A DNA stretch of 64,000 nucleotides from Candidatus Omnitrophota bacterium (GTDB lineage: Bacteria > Omnitrophota > Gorgyraeia > Zapsychrales > JANLHA01). This document shows positions 52,117-61,893 of this stretch, piece by piece. Position 1 is the stretch's first letter, and each line of letters starts with the position of its first letter. Made by a program: the position numbers and the translations under genes. Under the pieces are notes generated by a model, which was given only the letters and a program-made list of their open reading frames with translations, did not search any database and was not told the origin of the DNA. Location: assembly GCA_020632555.1 (NCBI GenBank), contig JACKFI010000009.1, positions 1,966 through 65,965 of the forward strand. The letters run 5' to 3'.

Positions 52117-52240
52117 ACATTCTCCTTTTGATTAAATAAGTTGCCAACACATTACCACTTGTTTTTAACAGCAACTCTTTATAGCACCTTGCATTATCCT
52201 TGAAAAGAAATATTTTTTAATCAACTGAAATAAAATTTTA

Positions 52241-53224
52241 ATGTATAATCCCCCCATGAAACAAAAATACTTTATTGGTATCGACGTCGGCGGCACAAAA
52301 ATTGCTATTGCGGCTATTTCCCCTTCTGGGATCATCTTGTCACGAACCAAAGCGTCGACTCCACCGCAATCCAAACCAAACGCCATCCTTGCGCTCATAA
52401 TAAAACTCATTGAAAACGTCCTCGACGAAGGACAGCTCTCTTGCGAACAATTAAATGGCATCGGCATTGGTGTTCCAGGAATTGTGAACAAACAAAATCA
52501 CATTCTTGCTACCCCCAACATTAACTTGGCGAATTTTCCACTCTGCAACAAAATCAGCAAAAAATTTCACACCAACGTTGTCGCTGGCAATGATGTTAAT
52601 TTAGGACTTCTTGGTGAACAATGGCTAGGTGCAGGGAGAAAAGCAAAAAACATCATTGGTCTTTTCCCCGGCACTGGCGTCGGAGGGGCCATCATGATTA
52701 ACGGCAAGATCCTACTCGGAGCACAAGGCGCTGCCGCTGAATTAGGTCACACCATCATCTGCCTAGATGGTCCCAAGTGCAGTTGCGGCAATCGCGGTTG
52801 CTTAGAAGCTTTAACCGGTCGATGGGCTATTGAACGTGATATCCGCCTTAGCCTGAAGCAAGGTCGCAAATCAATTATTACAAAATTAACAAACGCAAAA
52901 TCAACGCCGATTAAAAGCAAGTTTCTCAAAGCCGCTCTTAAAGCCAAAGATCCTTTAATTACCGAAATCATGACAAAAACTGGACACACACTGGGTCAAG
53001 CCTGTATCACTATGCGTCATATTTTTAACCCTGAATTGATTATTCTCGGTGGTGGGGTGATTGAAGCCTGCGGTGGATTCTTATTGCCCTTGATCAACAA
53101 AACTTTTCATGCTGATCCTTTCTTCGTCAAAATCGACAAATGTAAAATCGTCACTTCCAAACTTGGCGACGATGCAACAATTTTTGGCGCTGTCGCGCTG
53201 GTCAAAAGCTCTAAATCATTATGA
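52241..53224 (+). CDS. ROK-family glucokinase
   Basis: Contains IGIDVGGTK, the ROK signature and the Zn motif CSCGNRGCLE. The in-frame ATG at 52256 sits 7 nt after TGTATAAT (52242-49), so a leaderless start at 52256 is plausible. Confidence 0.8.
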   Translation: MYNPPMKQKYFIGIDVGGTKIAIAAISPSGIILSRTKASTPPQSKPNAILALIIKLIENVLDEGQLSCEQLNGIGIGVPGIVNKQNHILATPNINLANFPLCNKISKKFHTNVVAGNDVNLGLLGEQWLGAGRKAKNIIGLFPGTGVGGAIMINGKILLGAQGAAAELGHTIICLDGPKCSCGNRGCLEALTGRWAIERDIRLSLKQGRKSIITKLTNAKSTPIKSKFLKAALKAKDPLITEIMTKTGHTLGQACITMRHIFNPELIILGGGVIEACGGFLLPLINKTFHADPFFVKIDKCKIVTSKLGDDATIFGAVALVKSSKSL

Positions 53225-55258
53225 CGCACGCACATTCCCGTAATAGCTTACTAATCGTTCTTGAACATTAAATTTTTCTTCATTGTCTTTTTGCCGAATA
53301 TATTTGCGTTCCGCAGTCAAAAACCGCGATTTCAAATTATCCTTCCAGCACATATCATAAATATACTGCAAGTGATCACGAACATCATCCTTATAAATCT
53401 CAAACAAAAGTTCAATCCGTCGATCAAAATTACGACTCATCCAATCAGCTGACGACATAAAGACCCGCGGACTGCTATTATTATTGAAAATCATAATGCG
53501 AGTGTGCTCCAAAAAACGTCCAACAATGCTTTTAACTTCAATATTTTCACTCAAACCCACAACCCCAGGCACCAAACAACAAATCCCGCGAATCACAAGT
53601 TTGATTTTAACTCCAGCACCAGAAGCGGCATACAATTTTTCAATCATCGCGACATCTTCCAAAGAATTCATTTTCGCGCGAATCAAACCATTTTTAAAAC
53701 GTTTCTGGTTATCAATTTCACGATCAATCAAATCAAAGAAATATTTGCGCATATCAGACGGCGAAGAAACAACACGTTTCCATGGGCTAGGCAATGAATA
53801 ACCGGTGATAACATTAAACACATCCGAAATATCACGCGCAAAATCATCATTGGCGGTAAAATACCCCACATCCGTATAAACCCGGGCTGTTTTCTCATTA
53901 TAGTTACCCGTCGACAAATGCACGTAACGTCGAATGCGGTCTTCTTCCTTACGCACAATCAAAGTCATCTTTGAATGTATCTTAATATTAGCAATTCCAT
54001 AAATCACATGACAGCCAGCATCTTCTAATTCTTTAGCCCAACGAATATTTTTCTCTTCATCAAAACGTGCTTTAATTTCAACCAAAACCGTCACTTGTTT
54101 TTTATGGTCAGCTGCCTCAATCAAAGCTTTAATAATCGCGGAATCTTCGTTAACACGATACAATGTCATTTTAATAGCCAGCACATTTTCATCCTGTGCC
54201 GCCGCTCTAATCAAATCCACCGTCGGGAAAAAAGATTGGTAAGGCAAGTGCACCATAAAATCACCTTGCGCAATACGTTCAAAAATGTTTTCATACTCGA
54301 TCTTGGCCGGCGCATACTCTCGATAACACCAGGCGGAATTATCAACCAAACGGGTCAATTCAAAAAGGCACGTTAAATCTAAAGTGCTGCCGATGCTGAC
54401 CACTTCTGTTTTTGAAAATTCTAACCCCTGGCACAACGTATCCAAAAAATCGGGTGAGCACGATTTTTCAATCTCTAAATGTACCACCTTAGCACGCATT
54501 CGTTTTTTAACTTCCTCCTCAATTGCCGTCAATAAATCATCCGCAAATTCTTCAGCGACATAAAGCTCGCTATCACGCATTACCCGAAACAAAGTGTTCT
54601 CTTGCAATTGATACCCACGAAAAAAATTTTTTAAATTAAATCGCAGAATTTCTTCAATCAAAATAAAACTTATCTCTCCGCGCTCTGACGACAAACGAAT
54701 AAATCGTGGAACATTTTTGGGAATTGGAATAATCGCCAAATGCGGCTTGCCCTCTCGTAAGACATTAACCGCAAAAGCAATCGTTTTAGAAGGCAAAATA
54801 GGAAAAGGATGTCCCTGATCAACGGCCATCGGCGTCATAATCGGAAACAAAGTCGTTTCAAAATATTTACGAACTTCCCGATGCTGCTGCGGTGTTAAAT
54901 CTTCGACCGCTTTAAAGAAAATTTTATTTTTCTCAAAATCCTTTTTAACCTTATTTTGATAGATGTCATAAAACTTCTTTGTGAGCGCATCTACTTGCTT
55001 CTTAACTTCCACAAAAATTTCTTCTGGCAAATACCCAAATTTATCTCTATGGCTATAGCCTGAGTCGATTAATCGCCTTAACCCGGCCAATCGCACCATA
55101 TAAAATTCATCCAAATTGCTAGTAAATATCGCAAGAAATTTAACTCGCTCTAAAAGAGGATTAGATAAATCAGCAGCTTCTTCCAACACTCGTTCATTAA
55201 ACATCAACCAGCTTAAGTCACGAGCAATAAATCTATCCTTAGGATCATTGAGTGTCAT
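53219..55258 (-). CDS. ppk1: Polyphosphate kinase 1
   Basis: 679 aa with PPK N, H and C1/C2 (PLD-like) domains (e.g. KIHSKMTLIVR, GRFLEHTRI). Confidence 0.92.
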   Translation of the reverse strand: MTLNDPKDRFIARDLSWLMFNERVLEEAADLSNPLLERVKFLAIFTSNLDEFYMVRLAGLRRLIDSGYSHRDKFGYLPEEIFVEVKKQVDALTKKFYDIYQNKVKKDFEKNKIFFKAVEDLTPQQHREVRKYFETTLFPIMTPMAVDQGHPFPILPSKTIAFAVNVLREGKPHLAIIPIPKNVPRFIRLSSERGEISFILIEEILRFNLKNFFRGYQLQENTLFRVMRDSELYVAEEFADDLLTAIEEEVKKRMRAKVVHLEIEKSCSPDFLDTLCQGLEFSKTEVVSIGSTLDLTCLFELTRLVDNSAWCYREYAPAKIEYENIFERIAQGDFMVHLPYQSFFPTVDLIRAAAQDENVLAIKMTLYRVNEDSAIIKALIEAADHKKQVTVLVEIKARFDEEKNIRWAKELEDAGCHVIYGIANIKIHSKMTLIVRKEEDRIRRYVHLSTGNYNEKTARVYTDVGYFTANDDFARDISDVFNVITGYSLPSPWKRVVSSPSDMRKYFFDLIDREIDNQKRFKNGLIRAKMNSLEDVAMIEKLYAASGAGVKIKLVIRGICCLVPGVVGLSENIEVKSIVGRFLEHTRIMIFNNNSSPRVFMSSADWMSRNFDRRIELLFEIYKDDVRDHLQYIYDMCWKDNLKSRFLTAERKYIRQKDNEEKFNVQERLVSYYGNVRAS

Positions 55259-56807
55259 TAGCTTTCTCTGGCAATTCGCGACTTTTCAAAGTCAAAGTCA
55301 CGCGGTTTCCTGTAATTTCTTCAAAAAGCTCTTTTTTGTCTTTAAAAAATGCTTTTTCCAACAACAAATTTCCTGATGCTTGCGCAATAATATTCACATC
55401 ACCTTTAGGGTTAAATACCACTTCTATTCTTTTAATTTTTTGCTTATGCGAACGATCCAAAGCATTGGCCATGCGCAATAAAGCACTCAACTTTTGCACT
55501 AAAATCTGATGTTCCGATGACAAAGAATTATAAAGCAAATGTGCCCGCGACGGCGCCCCTTTGCGATGATATCGAGCAATGCACGCAATCATATTCATTT
55601 CTTCTTCCGTTAAACGAAATAAATTCAACGAACCAATGATATATTCACTATGCTTGTGATGCGTGCGATTATTAACAAACATCCCAATATCATGCAAATA
55701 CGCCGCCAATGTCAAACAAATCAAATCTTCCTTTTTCAGGCCTAAAGTCCCTTGCAGCTGATCAAATAAAGACTTGGACAACTCGGCAACATGACGGCAA
55801 TGATTAAGATCCATTTTGTATTTTCCGCAAAGATTCTGCGCGACAGAAATCAACTGATTGGTTTTATTGTTTTCTTGAAAAAGTTCTAATTTGAAAATCA
55901 TGTTAGCCAATACCGCTTCAGCCAAAGATGTATCTAAAATATAAATGTATTTGTTCTTGGTCAAACGAAATATTTTATTAACAATAATCGCATAGCCAGT
56001 CATTGTCTCGACAACATCCGCTGGAACTTTATAACTGACCGCAACCGTTTCCGGATAACTCTCAGTCAACTTCGCCAATAAATCTTCTGATTCTTTAATC
56101 CGAAACTGGAAGAACTCCGATTGCCGGCTTCGGCTGGGAACAAAATTATTCAAATAACCAGAATAATTCTCATCCACAACAATCACATCATCAATTTTAA
56201 GATGCGGGATGCTTTTTTTGACATAATGAATTTCGTTAACAATATACTCTTCAACCGCTTCATAAATCTCCTGCAAAGTCCCATCCAAACTATTCATAAA
56301 GTTTTTCAAACGCAATGTGCCAACAGGAATACCGACACTCATTTGTGTAAAACCTTTTTCCAAAACAGAAATATCAACACTTCCTGCACCCAGTTCAACA
56401 ATCAACAAATTCTTTTCATGAATCGGATACTTCTTTTTCAATTTATAAGATAAATACGCATCGATATAATAAACCACATCACCGACATTTAGAACTTCAA
56501 CTTTCAGGCCAGTTTTACGCATAACTGTATCAACAAACATATCCCGATTGGCCGCTTCACGAACAGCGGTGGTTGCGATCACCACAACCTCTTTCACATC
56601 ATATTCTTTAAGACATTGCTGATATTTTTCGAAAAGTGAAATGGTTTGATTGATAGTTTCCTGCGCGATACGACCGCGAAAAAACGTATTGCGGCCTATC
56701 GGCACCACATTTTTCAGTGACTCGAGGATTTTAATATCATCACCAGATTTTTCGCCAATGACTAATTTTATGGAATTTGAACCGATATCAAGAACTGCGG
56801 CACGCAT
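55245..56807 (-). CDS. ppx: Exopolyphosphatase Ppx/GppA with a C-terminal HD domain
   Basis: Contains AVLDIGSNS, ELGAGS and an HD region (LHDIGMF...HHKHSEY). Start set at MRAAVLD (56807). Its 3' end overlaps the ppk1 start. Confidence 0.88.
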   Translation of the reverse strand: MRAAVLDIGSNSIKLVIGEKSGDDIKILESLKNVVPIGRNTFFRGRIAQETINQTISLFEKYQQCLKEYDVKEVVVIATTAVREAANRDMFVDTVMRKTGLKVEVLNVGDVVYYIDAYLSYKLKKKYPIHEKNLLIVELGAGSVDISVLEKGFTQMSVGIPVGTLRLKNFMNSLDGTLQEIYEAVEEYIVNEIHYVKKSIPHLKIDDVIVVDENYSGYLNNFVPSRSRQSEFFQFRIKESEDLLAKLTESYPETVAVSYKVPADVVETMTGYAIIVNKIFRLTKNKYIYILDTSLAEAVLANMIFKLELFQENNKTNQLISVAQNLCGKYKMDLNHCRHVAELSKSLFDQLQGTLGLKKEDLICLTLAAYLHDIGMFVNNRTHHKHSEYIIGSLNLFRLTEEEMNMIACIARYHRKGAPSRAHLLYNSLSSEHQILVQKLSALLRMANALDRSHKQKIKRIEVVFNPKGDVNIIAQASGNLLLEKAFFKDKKELFEEITGNRVTLTLKSRELPEKANDTQ

Positions 56808-57026
56808 AAGACTCTTTATTTTAAAATTATTGATATTCAAACAACCCAACCCATATCTGCAATTATACCCGCAAATGAAATTTTATGCCAATTTTAATAC
56901 CACAAACTAGCAACCCTAAAGATCGCAGGGCTTTACAACATTAGTACGTCTTTTATAGGATTTTAATGATACAAAGTGACAAGACTATGAAGAATATGAA
57001 AAGATTACTCAAACTTAACAGCACAA

Positions 57027-58556
57027 TCAATTTCCCGTATGGCAATCTGTACAATTCATTTCTTTCCATGATTCATCGCCATTAAAAGGGTGAACAAATT
57101 CAAGGCCATCTGCATTCTTTTCAGTTTTTCCTGGGGCACCTTGTTCAAGAATGGTATGGCAAGATTTGCAGTCCCGGGTGATGATCTGTCCTTGAGCAGA
57201 TTTGTGCTCCCCGTCATGACAACGAAAACAACCCGGAGAAATCCAATGCCCAATATTCTCAGGATAAGCATCCCAGCGGGCTTTCATTTCCGGAAAAAAG
57301 TTATTTTTAAAAATGACAGCAAGAACTTGGCCTGTCGCCATAAGGTCAGCTTGATGATCCTTGAAATAATCAGGATACTTTTTTTGATAATATTGATTAA
57401 GCAACTGGGGGATTTCAACTAAAGCCTGATTTTCAGTTTCATAATGCCCCGAAAGCAGCTCCATGCTTTTTGACTTGATATCAGGAATTGTTAAATCTAT
57501 TTGCTTTTGAATTAAGGCTTCATTCATCAAATCATTGGGCGAGCGAAAATGATGCGACGGCCGATTATGACAATCCATGCAATCCATCTTACGAATCTTG
57601 TCGCTGGGTGGAACTTGATCCTTGTACGGTGAATTATCTGAAGTAAAAACAACCGCTTGTCCATCTTTATTGACACTCTTAACCCAAGAAATCACCTGGC
57701 GCTTTTCATCATCCGCGACATAATAAACCTCATTATTATTATACATATGCGCATGAATACCAGCCCCCTCACCCTCCTTACCGCCTACCGCTACCAACAT
57801 GCGAATATACCAACTTTCGGGTTGATTCTTCTCAGCTGAAAAATATGTTTTGCGCAATTCAAATGAACTAAAATGCTTGCCCGGCCAATGGCATTGCTCA
57901 CAGGTTTCCTTCGCTGGACGTAAATTCATTACCGGAGTAGGAATCGGACGTTGATAATTCTTTTGAATTGTTGAAAAAAGCATCCGCGCACCTGAAACTT
58001 TATAACGCACATACCAATCTGCGCCGGCTCCGATGTGGCATTCCACACATTTCACTTTCGCGTGGGGAGATTGCAAATACATCGTATGTTCCGGCTCCAT
58101 AATTTTGTGACAAACTTTACCGCAAAACTCCACAGATTCCGTAAAATGAAAAGCCTTATAAGACCCAACAGCAGTCATCAGAAGAAGCACACTGGTCCCA
58201 ATCACAAAAACAAACATAGCATTGCGATGTTCAGGTAACGAAGGATCAAAATAAAAAACCTTGGGAGAAATCTTGGCCTTACCCTGCTTAACATCTTTGC
58301 GTTTCCAGGATGCACCCAACGGAATTAAAATAAGCCCTAAAATCAAAAACGGCGGAAGCAGAATATAAGTAAACATCCCCAAATAAGTGCTCGGATGTGG
58401 CGAAAGAAAATCCATCGCAAAAAGAAAACATTCAATAATAAAAACCAAAACTGAAATAATAACACCCCCATAGGTAATCGGATTGTAAAAATACTCCGAA
58501 AACTTATGCTTCGGGATGCCATCATTGTTGCTTTTTATATGATTCGAATTTTCCAT
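57027..58556 (-). CDS. Inner-membrane multiheme c-type cytochrome, NapC/NirT-related (ImcH-like)
   Basis: 509 aa with three N-terminal TM helices. It has six CxxCH motifs (CVECH, CEQCH, CMDCH, CFRCH, CKSCH, CTDCH) and one CGKVCH (CX3CH) at the NapC-like first site. Confidence 0.7.
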   Translation of the reverse strand: MENSNHIKSNNDGIPKHKFSEYFYNPITYGGVIISVLVFIIECFLFAMDFLSPHPSTYLGMFTYILLPPFLILGLILIPLGASWKRKDVKQGKAKISPKVFYFDPSLPEHRNAMFVFVIGTSVLLLMTAVGSYKAFHFTESVEFCGKVCHKIMEPEHTMYLQSPHAKVKCVECHIGAGADWYVRYKVSGARMLFSTIQKNYQRPIPTPVMNLRPAKETCEQCHWPGKHFSSFELRKTYFSAEKNQPESWYIRMLVAVGGKEGEGAGIHAHMYNNNEVYYVADDEKRQVISWVKSVNKDGQAVVFTSDNSPYKDQVPPSDKIRKMDCMDCHNRPSHHFRSPNDLMNEALIQKQIDLTIPDIKSKSMELLSGHYETENQALVEIPQLLNQYYQKKYPDYFKDHQADLMATGQVLAVIFKNNFFPEMKARWDAYPENIGHWISPGCFRCHDGEHKSAQGQIITRDCKSCHTILEQGAPGKTEKNADGLEFVHPFNGDESWKEMNCTDCHTGN

Positions 58557-58571
58557 AAATATTCACAAAAC

Positions 58572-58601
58572 AGGCTGATACCTTATTCAAGATACCAGCC
58601 T
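58572..58601. terminator. Bidirectional-looking hairpin between the barrel gene and the ImcH-like gene
   Basis: AGGCTGATA (58572-80) pairs with TACCAGCCT (58593-601) with one mismatch. T-runs follow on both strands (TTTTGTG on minus, TTTTTTT on plus). Confidence 0.55.
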
Positions 58602-58642
58602 ATTTTTTTAATATATCCAACAACCGCTACTATAAGAAATCA

Positions 58643-60703
58643 TCACAACCAATTCAGATTAACACCCAGCCAAACCGCATGCGCACTATACCCGGCATCC
58701 GCACCCGATTTAACATTTTCCTGGTAATTATAATACGTATACTTCGGCTCAACCGAAACCACTTTATTGGCCATCCACTTCAAACCAACGGTCGCGTCAT
58801 ACCAGCTGGCATCAACACCATAAGGCATTCCCGTCGCAGTAAAATCATTATAATTATCCTGCGAAGCCTTGCTGAATGTCGTGTTCAAACTCATTTTAGG
58901 GCTAAAAATATAACTGGAACTCATCATCCAGGTATCAACATTACTGGTGAATCCTGGAATCAAAGGCGCAGCCCCGCGATCTGCCGGCGTAGAAGTTTTA
59001 GCCAATTGACGCATATAACCTAAGTCAATCAACAAACTATCCAAAGGCTGCAAAATAAGATCATACGTAAACGTATGTGATATCGTTAAGGCCCGCTGAT
59101 TAAACAAATCTTCTGTCCGAGTAACATAATCATTATCCGCATACTGATAGCGTAGAGAACCCGTCACTCTTTTAACGGGCTTAACTGTCCACTTGGTGGT
59201 CAACTCGGTTCCAGTCAATTGCAAAAAGTCCATAAACGCAGACTTTGCGCCTGAACTATACACTGCTTCACGCTTATCATCATAATCGCTGTCTTGCATT
59301 TTATGACGAATTTGTGTTGTGAAATTCAAATACTTGGAAAGCACCGTTCGCGTTCCCGCGGTTAACACAACCTTGGTGGTATAGACATCCGTTTCACGAA
59401 AGAAAATCTCTCCCGCAGAGGGGGCCGACTCTCCAGCAATGCTATCACGATTTTCATAAAGCCAATTATTAACCCGACCAACCTCAACATCCCCATAAAT
59501 ACTGGTTTTCTTAAATCCTGAATAACGCAAGCCCAAATCTCCGCCCCAGCTATCAACCTTGCTTTCACTCATACTGACTTCCGTCGTATTTGCAATTCCA
59601 TTTGGCGGATCTGTCGTGTCTGCAGGATCCGACGACCCACCATGGCGACCAATGATTTCTGTCTTTAACTTAGCGTTAAAAAGCAAATCTTTCATCAAAT
59701 GACTTTGAAAATTACCAGTTACAATATCAGAACTGAGTTTATTGTCCCCAATTCCGGCGTATTTATTCTCTGGGTATGTAAAAGAACGTGGATTGCCGAA
59801 TTCATCCGTCTCGCGAATACTGGCATGTTCCTTATTGTCAATTTGACTATGACGATACGCCAAAGCCAGCATGCCAGTATCTTCCCAAAACCATTTTTCA
59901 CCATGTAAAGTCGTAACAGAAGAATTCGAATCCAACTCTGTTGTTTGACGTCGAATCTTTTTTTCTGAAACTGTGGCATTGGTGGAAAGCGATTTCTCCT
60001 CTCGAATCGTTTTTTCATTGAGAACTTCCCACTTTTGTTCTCCTTTGACAGCAAAACCAGCCAGTTCTCCATGAGAACGCAAACCAAAACTATTAACGCT
60101 TTCATCAATATCTTGCCAGGCCGGGCCAATCATTCTGGTTGTTGAACCTTCTTTAGCAGCCGCCCAACTCAAACGAGACTTAACACCATCCTTGGTATGC
60201 TGATCATAAAAAAAACTGATTTCTGGTAAACTCCCCAAAACCCCACCAATTTCAAACCCCATATGACCGATATCCATTTTAAAATCTTTATCGACATTTC
60301 TTGCCGATAACGTTGTAAACGGATAATACGTTCCTCCCGTCCCATCATAATATTTACGAAAGATGTCATAGTCAATTTTCAAAAAACCAAAATCTTCTTT
60401 TTTGATTTCCAAATCCCCGCCGTAATCATTGGTATTGGTCATGGCGTGACCTTCAAAAGAAAAACTTGTATCCTTGTTGATCATACCGGTAGCTAGAATG
60501 TCCTCCAATCCTCCAGAATAACCATCGTTTTTCCAGGTTTGTGCCCGAAACTTTTCAGCGTCTCCCTTTACGGAAATATATTCCAAAGGGACAATGGTCG
60601 CCGATACTTTCGCATCACTTTCTGCATGAACGAACGACGCAGTAAAAACCATACTTCCCAGGACAAGAAGCCCAATAAAATTTCTTATTAAATCATTTTT
60701 CAT
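58643..60703 (-). CDS. Large outer-membrane beta-barrel protein (porin-like partner of the multiheme cytochrome)
   Basis: About 686 aa from the ATG at 60701-03, which has a GAGGAGGTG RBS. It has a signal peptide (FTASFVHAES) and a pervasive alternating hydrophobic/aromatic strand pattern. The sequence is rich in Y/G/D/T/N turns and ends LGVNLNWL. Confidence 0.65.
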   Translation of the reverse strand: MKNDLIRNFIGLLVLGSMVFTASFVHAESDAKVSATIVPLEYISVKGDAEKFRAQTWKNDGYSGGLEDILATGMINKDTSFSFEGHAMTNTNDYGGDLEIKKEDFGFLKIDYDIFRKYYDGTGGTYYPFTTLSARNVDKDFKMDIGHMGFEIGGVLGSLPEISFFYDQHTKDGVKSRLSWAAAKEGSTTRMIGPAWQDIDESVNSFGLRSHGELAGFAVKGEQKWEVLNEKTIREEKSLSTNATVSEKKIRRQTTELDSNSSVTTLHGEKWFWEDTGMLALAYRHSQIDNKEHASIRETDEFGNPRSFTYPENKYAGIGDNKLSSDIVTGNFQSHLMKDLLFNAKLKTEIIGRHGGSSDPADTTDPPNGIANTTEVSMSESKVDSWGGDLGLRYSGFKKTSIYGDVEVGRVNNWLYENRDSIAGESAPSAGEIFFRETDVYTTKVVLTAGTRTVLSKYLNFTTQIRHKMQDSDYDDKREAVYSSGAKSAFMDFLQLTGTELTTKWTVKPVKRVTGSLRYQYADNDYVTRTEDLFNQRALTISHTFTYDLILQPLDSLLIDLGYMRQLAKTSTPADRGAAPLIPGFTSNVDTWMMSSSYIFSPKMSLNTTFSKASQDNYNDFTATGMPYGVDASWYDATVGLKWMANKVVSVEPKYTYYNYQENVKSGADAGYSAHAVWLGVNLNWL

Positions 60704-60721
60704 CCAACACCTCCTCAATAA

Positions 60722-61513
60722 TTAATAGCGCAAATGATCATCAAAGTTCGAACCATGCACCGCCGTATGACAGCCCGCACTAAAACACGCGCCTTGAGCC
60801 AAACGAGAAGCATGCCCAGATTTACCAATCGTCGGAAAATTGACTTGCGCATGGCAGCGCAAACACAAATTATTATCACGCTGCACCAGCATCTTATCAT
60901 TCACGGAACCATGCACCTGATGGCAGGTAACACACCCATCCCGCAAAGCTTCATGTTCGAAAACAAACGGCCCTTGCTTCCCTTGATGACATTTAAAACA
61001 GGTATCATTGATATCATCCAAAGCCGTTGAAGAACCCGGCTTTACTTCGGTCCCATGTGGATTATGGCAATCGGCACACGACATCTTGCCTTCAAGAACA
61101 GGATGTCGATAAGGTAAACTAAATTGCACCTTTTTATCCATATGACAGGCAAAACAAGTACTAGGATCTTTACGAATATTGATCATCGTATCCTTGCCAC
61201 CGCCATTATCGACGTGAATACTCCCAGGTCCATGGCACATTTCGCATCCATTGGCAATTCCTTCCATACCTTCTTGCTCGTCAATGCTTATTCTTGAATG
61301 AGTTGAAGTTTTAAACTCTTTATACTCTTTCTCATGACAAGTCGCACATGTCTGAGTGCCAACATATGTAGCTCCTTTGAGATTTGCCGCTTTCCCTGTC
61401 GCTGCCTCAATACGGACAGCACTCAACAAGAACGCACTGCAAAACACAAAAATAAAAGCTACCATCCAGCGGCACGCGAAGACTCGCGTAAAAGTTGAGT
61501 CCTTGCTTTGCAT
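60722..61513 (-). CDS. Periplasmic octaheme c-type cytochrome
   Basis: About 263 aa from the ATG at 61511-13, which has an AAGGGGGG RBS, with a signal peptide. It has seven CxxCH motifs (CATCH, CEMCH, CFACH, CADCH, CFKCH, CVTCH, CLRCH) and CFSAGCH (CX4CH). Confidence 0.8.
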   Translation of the reverse strand: MQSKDSTFTRVFACRWMVAFIFVFCSAFLLSAVRIEAATGKAANLKGATYVGTQTCATCHEKEYKEFKTSTHSRISIDEQEGMEGIANGCEMCHGPGSIHVDNGGGKDTMINIRKDPSTCFACHMDKKVQFSLPYRHPVLEGKMSCADCHNPHGTEVKPGSSTALDDINDTCFKCHQGKQGPFVFEHEALRDGCVTCHQVHGSVNDKMLVQRDNNLCLRCHAQVNFPTIGKSGHASRLAQGACFSAGCHTAVHGSNFDDHLRY

Positions 61514-61576
61514 ATCGCCCCCCTTGGTTATTGAATAATCTTTGAATAAAAAACTTTCCTTCATTAGCACCACCTC

Positions 61577-61858
61577 TTATTTTTCGATCTTTGAATCTTC
61601 AATGCTGCCAACTTTTTTATATTCTTCAACTGTTATCGTTTCAGCCAATGCCTTAACTTTGTTTGCATAATCATTAAGTCCATGATCACCATCTTTTTTT
61701 GGCAAAGCCATCGTGTGACAATCTAAACACTTGGGCTTGCTCCCAGGAAAAGCTTCTTTATAAACTTTAATTTGCGCCAAGTCAGCCCTGCCCAATGTTG
61801 CCAACGACAAAACAAATACACCGACAAAAACTGAAATCAATAAACTTGATATTTTCAT
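61577..61858 (-). CDS. Small secreted monoheme c-type cytochrome
   Basis: 93 aa with a signal peptide and a single CLDCH. Confidence 0.65.
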   Translation of the reverse strand: MKISSLLISVFVGVFVLSLATLGRADLAQIKVYKEAFPGSKPKCLDCHTMALPKKDGDHGLNDYANKVKALAETITVEEYKKVGSIEDSKIEK

Positions 61859-61893
61859 CTATCCTCCCTTGATGTTAAAAACATGACCATTCA

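Noticed and set aside
52165-52491. 108-aa minus-strand ORF upstream of and overlapping the ROK kinase
   Set aside because: It overlaps the glucokinase N-terminus in antisense, has no motif, and lies across the glk promoter region.
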